From a virus (taxonomy: Duplodnaviria > Caudoviricetes): a DNA stretch of 35,896 nucleotides. The notes below the pieces were generated by a model, which was given only the letters and a program-made list of their open reading frames with translations, searched no databases and was not told where the DNA came from. The stretch is taken from IMG/VR virus record IMGVR_UViG_3300046832_001492, positions 1 to 35,896 of that record. One strand, 5' to 3'. Both the position numbers and the translations under genes were made by a program. Below are positions 32,740 through 35,896 of the stretch, in pieces; within the stretch, counting starts at the first letter, position 1, and every line of letters starts with the position of its first letter.

Positions 32740-34368
32740 AAACTTTTCCTCGATTCAAAAAACCGGCGGTTCGTGAAGTCCGCCGCGAGCAATGTCGCAT
32801 TGCAGACGCTCGTCTTAAAACGCCGCGACCAAGTTCCCCTCGAGGTCATCTTTGTCGAGAACGGCGTGGCCGTCTCGCCCGTCACAGGCACCACGACCAC
32901 CGTCGCCCTCAAGACCTCATTCTCTGACGCCAATTTTCTAGCTCTGGCGGCCCCCGGCCAAACCATCCTCGATTTAAATACATTGCCGGTCGAGGCCGCT
33001 TTCTCCTCCGATCCTGCCTCAATCAGCGCCTATCTCGAAATCCGCTGGACCGCACCGAGCCAGGCACTCCGCACCGCGACCCTCCAAGTCGAAGTGCAAA
33101 ACAGCGTCATTCTCGGCGACGAGGCCACCCCCGCCGCGCTCCCCGACGGCAAAGCCACCCAAGCCGAAGCCGAGGCAGGAACCGACAACGAAAAGTGGAT
33201 GACGCCCCTGCGCACCGCGCAGGCCATCGCCGAACTCGCCCCGCCGCCCACTTGGGACAGCGTGCTGAACAAGCCCGCCACCTTCCCTCCCTCGGCCCAC
33301 ACGCACACCGCCAGCCAGATCACCGATTTCGCCTCTGCCGTCGTCGCCGTCTCCCCGCCCGTTGATTGGTCAAGCCTTACCGGCAAGCCAACGACCTTCG
33401 CACCTTCCGCCCACACGCACCTCAAGAGCGAGATCACCGGCCTCGATGCCGACCTCGCCGCCCTTGCCATCGAAGACACCGCCCTCAGCGACCGGATCGA
33501 CCTCCTCGCCAGCAACCTCGGCACCGAGTCCCTTGACTCCATCGCCGAAGCAGCCGGCGCGATCAACACCCTCCAGTCCGAAATCGACGGCAAAGCCACC
33601 GCCGCCCAAGGCGCCAAGGCCGACACCGCGCTCCAACCCGAGCCAGTCGATTACCAAGGGGTCTACAATAACGGAGCCGACTATTTCCCAGGACAAGTCG
33701 TCAGTTTTAATGGCGAACTCTACCGCCGCGTCGGCGAGCCGAATCCCGGCTATCCACCGCCTGGCAGTTACTGGGCTGTCTTCGATCCCTCCGCGTCGCC
33801 CGCATTCAAACTCTGGGTCGATCTCTCAAAAGCCGACACGATCCACACCCACGCCGCCACCGAGATCACCGGCCTTTCGTCCTACATCATCGCCAGCGCG
33901 CCCGGACTCTCGATCAACACCACCGTCCGCATCGGTGACGGCTTCTCGACCACCTTCCCGATTGACGGCCTAGTCAGCAGCGATCCAGAGCATGTCCTCG
34001 TGGCTTTGAACGGCGTCACGCAAACCCCCGGCACCGACTACCTCGTTTCGGAAGCCACCGGCACCATCACATTCGACTCCGCGCCCGCCGCGGGAATGCA
34101 GATCGCCTGCACCGCCCTCGGCCTGCGCACCGTCCAGCCGCCAATCGATCCCACCCTCTACCTCTACGCATTCGACATCAGCACGGACGGCCTCACGACC
34201 TACAGCGGCCGTCTCCTCAACGCCGACCGCCCCGCCGCGCCAGCACTCCCAGAGACCGCCACAAGCTGGACCGTCAAGCGCAGCACCCTCAACGCCGCAG
34301 GCCAAATCCTCGCCACCGCCTCCGCCACCGGATCGTGGCTCAACCGGGAGACTCTTGCATTCGCATGA
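32737..34368 (+). CDS. Tail fibre protein
   Basis: ATQAEAEAGTDNEKWMTPLR; WDSVLNKPATFPPSAHTH-type repeats; GDGFSTTF...LNGVTQTPGTDY module. Confidence 0.8.
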   Translation: MKLFLDSKNRRFVKSAASNVALQTLVLKRRDQVPLEVIFVENGVAVSPVTGTTTTVALKTSFSDANFLALAAPGQTILDLNTLPVEAAFSSDPASISAYLEIRWTAPSQALRTATLQVEVQNSVILGDEATPAALPDGKATQAEAEAGTDNEKWMTPLRTAQAIAELAPPPTWDSVLNKPATFPPSAHTHTASQITDFASAVVAVSPPVDWSSLTGKPTTFAPSAHTHLKSEITGLDADLAALAIEDTALSDRIDLLASNLGTESLDSIAEAAGAINTLQSEIDGKATAAQGAKADTALQPEPVDYQGVYNNGADYFPGQVVSFNGELYRRVGEPNPGYPPPGSYWAVFDPSASPAFKLWVDLSKADTIHTHAATEITGLSSYIIASAPGLSINTTVRIGDGFSTTFPIDGLVSSDPEHVLVALNGVTQTPGTDYLVSEATGTITFDSAPAAGMQIACTALGLRTVQPPIDPTLYLYAFDISTDGLTTYSGRLLNADRPAAPALPETATSWTVKRSTLNAAGQILATASATGSWLNRETLAFA

Positions 34369-34592
34369 CAACAATCACCGAAAGCAACCTCAGCCAGCAA
34401 CTCGATCTCTCCTCGTTCGACCTCACCCTGCCAGGCATCGTCGTCGAGTATCCCACCCGCTCCAATTTCCCGAGCGTCGGGAAACCCGACCGCCTGTATA
34501 TGGCGATGGACGAGGGAATGCCCTACCGCTGGAGCCCCACCGCAGCAGCCTACGCCCTCATGATCCCCGTGATCGACGCGGGCAATTTTTGA
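34365..34592 (+). CDS. Small tail-fibre-associated protein
   Basis: VEYPTRSNFPSVGKPDRLY...YRW; ends IDAGNF. Confidence 0.7.
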   Translation: MTTITESNLSQQLDLSSFDLTLPGIVVEYPTRSNFPSVGKPDRLYMAMDEGMPYRWSPTAAAYALMIPVIDAGNF

Positions 34593-34646
34593 CAACTCAC
34601 CCACCCACGAACAGCCCAAACAACCACCACCAACACCTAATTAGCC
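34588..34646 (+). promoter_or_regulatory. TTTGACAA-N12-CGAA plus A/C-rich leader
   Basis: Its TGA is the upstream stop codon. Confidence 0.65.
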
Positions 34647-35564
34647 ATGGCAAATCCAATCCTTAAAATCAAACGCGGTTCAGGCGCTCCGATCAGTCTT
34701 CAGACTGGCGAGTTGGCAATGGACCTTCAAAATTCCTCACTTTTTGTAGGAACAGCAAACGGCCCAGTCGCAATCGGCGGCAGCCACACATTCGCAACAA
34801 AGACCTTCGTCAACAGCGCGGTAGAAGCCGAAGCCGACCTTCGCAGCGCAGCGGATTCGACGCTCACCAACAACCTCAACGCCGAAATCTCCCGCGCCCA
34901 AGGTGCCGAAAGCGACCTCGCCGACGACATCGCCGCTGAGACCTCCGCCCGCCAATCCGCGATCAGCTCCGAGCAATCCGCTCGCGAAGCAGCCGACCTC
35001 GTTCTCGACGGCAAAATCTCGACAGAGAAAGGCCGCATCGATGCGATCCTTTCTGCCTCACAGGCCGACAAGGATAGTTTCGCCGAGATTGTCTCGCTCG
35101 TGAACAGCGTAGATTTGGAAAACGACAATTCCCTGGCAGCCGCCATCCTCGCGATCAACGACTCGATTGACGACGAGACCGCTGCCCGCACCTCTGGCGA
35201 CTCCAGCCTGCAGGGTAACATCGACACCGTATCGAGCAACCTCAGCGCGCTGACCACACGAGTCACCGCAGCGGAAGCCGATATCGTTTCGGAAGAGTCC
35301 GCCCGCATCGCCGCAGTCTCAGCCGAAGCCGCTTCCCGCGCAGCGGATGTGTCCGGCCTCGAGTCCGACATCGCCGCAGTCCAGAGCAATCTGGATTCGG
35401 AAAGCTCGACTCGTTCGACAGCCGACACCTCGCTCTCGAACCGCATCACCACCCTCGAAAACGCCAGCGCGGACAGCCGCCTCGACGCCGTAGAGGCCGA
35501 TGTGGCCGACCACGAACTTCGTATCTCCGCCTTGGAGAGCACGATCGATGGCGGCGTTTATTAA
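34647..35564 (+). CDS. Coiled-coil fibre protein
   Basis: ILKIKRG...LQTGELAMD N-terminus; E..AR..AD repeats; ends IDGGVY. Confidence 0.7.
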   Translation: MANPILKIKRGSGAPISLQTGELAMDLQNSSLFVGTANGPVAIGGSHTFATKTFVNSAVEAEADLRSAADSTLTNNLNAEISRAQGAESDLADDIAAETSARQSAISSEQSAREAADLVLDGKISTEKGRIDAILSASQADKDSFAEIVSLVNSVDLENDNSLAAAILAINDSIDDETAARTSGDSSLQGNIDTVSSNLSALTTRVTAAEADIVSEESARIAAVSAEAASRAADVSGLESDIAAVQSNLDSESSTRSTADTSLSNRITTLENASADSRLDAVEADVADHELRISALESTIDGGVY

Positions 35565-35896
35565 AAAATAACCAACCAACCCCGGCGGGGCGCTCAAATA
35601 GCGCCTCGCCACGCGGGGGGTCAAAACTCCGCAAAACAAAAACCGCCACATGGCAAACACACAAATCATCCCAAAACGCAGCACGGTCACCGGGCGCATC
35701 CCGAGCACGACCGACCTCGCCCTCGGCGAGATTTGCGTGAACCACGCCGACCGGCGGCTCTACTCGCGCAACCCCTCCACAGGCGAAGTCTACAAATTAG
35801 CCGGAACCAAAGACGCCCCCGACCGCGTCTGGGCCTTCGACATCTCCGCCGACGGCACCACCACCTTCCTCGGCTTCCTCCTTTACTCGGACTTCC
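35538..35896. repeat. Terminal direct repeat, right copy, carrying a diverged allele of ORF 113-493 (ATG 35650, truncated by window end)
   Basis: MANTQIIPKRSTVTGRIPSTTDLALGEICVNH... versus MANPIIKPKSSTVASKVPASSDLALGEICVNH... Confidence 0.9.

Overview
This window is an apparently complete circular genome (about 35,537 bp plus a 359-nt terminal overlap) of a temperate, lambda-like siphophage. The host is probably a PVC-group (Verrucomicrobia-like) bacterium; that is inference only. Gene order: tail-fibre-like genes, lysis (two holin-like proteins, a lipoprotein, an amidase), a metallophosphoesterase, attP (3' half of tRNA-Leu(TAA) with GGGCAAC arm repeats) and a tyrosine integrase, a divergent RHH-type immunity switch with GTGCACC operators, Xis, a Sak4-like/Cas4-like/SSB recombination module, initiator and DnaB, an inverted HNH, a RuvC-like resolvase, candidate late regulators, a second HNH, TerS/TerL (gpA type), an AT-rich moron cassette, then head and tail genes. 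The most striking unexplained signal is a + strand motif, TTTGACAC (variants TTTGACTC/AG/AA), found 12 times in the late region. It sits exactly 12 nt before GTG start codons, or 12 nt before CGAA followed by a G-poor A/C leader. It often reuses the upstream stop codon and often forms a hairpin that hides the start codon in read-through RNA, which suggests a non-canonical late promoter and leaderless translation system. Other candidates are a structured ~115-nt RNA just ahead of the head genes and clusters of unrelated operator-like palindromes and repeats flanking the moron cassette. All functional calls come from motif recognition by eye; no searches were run.
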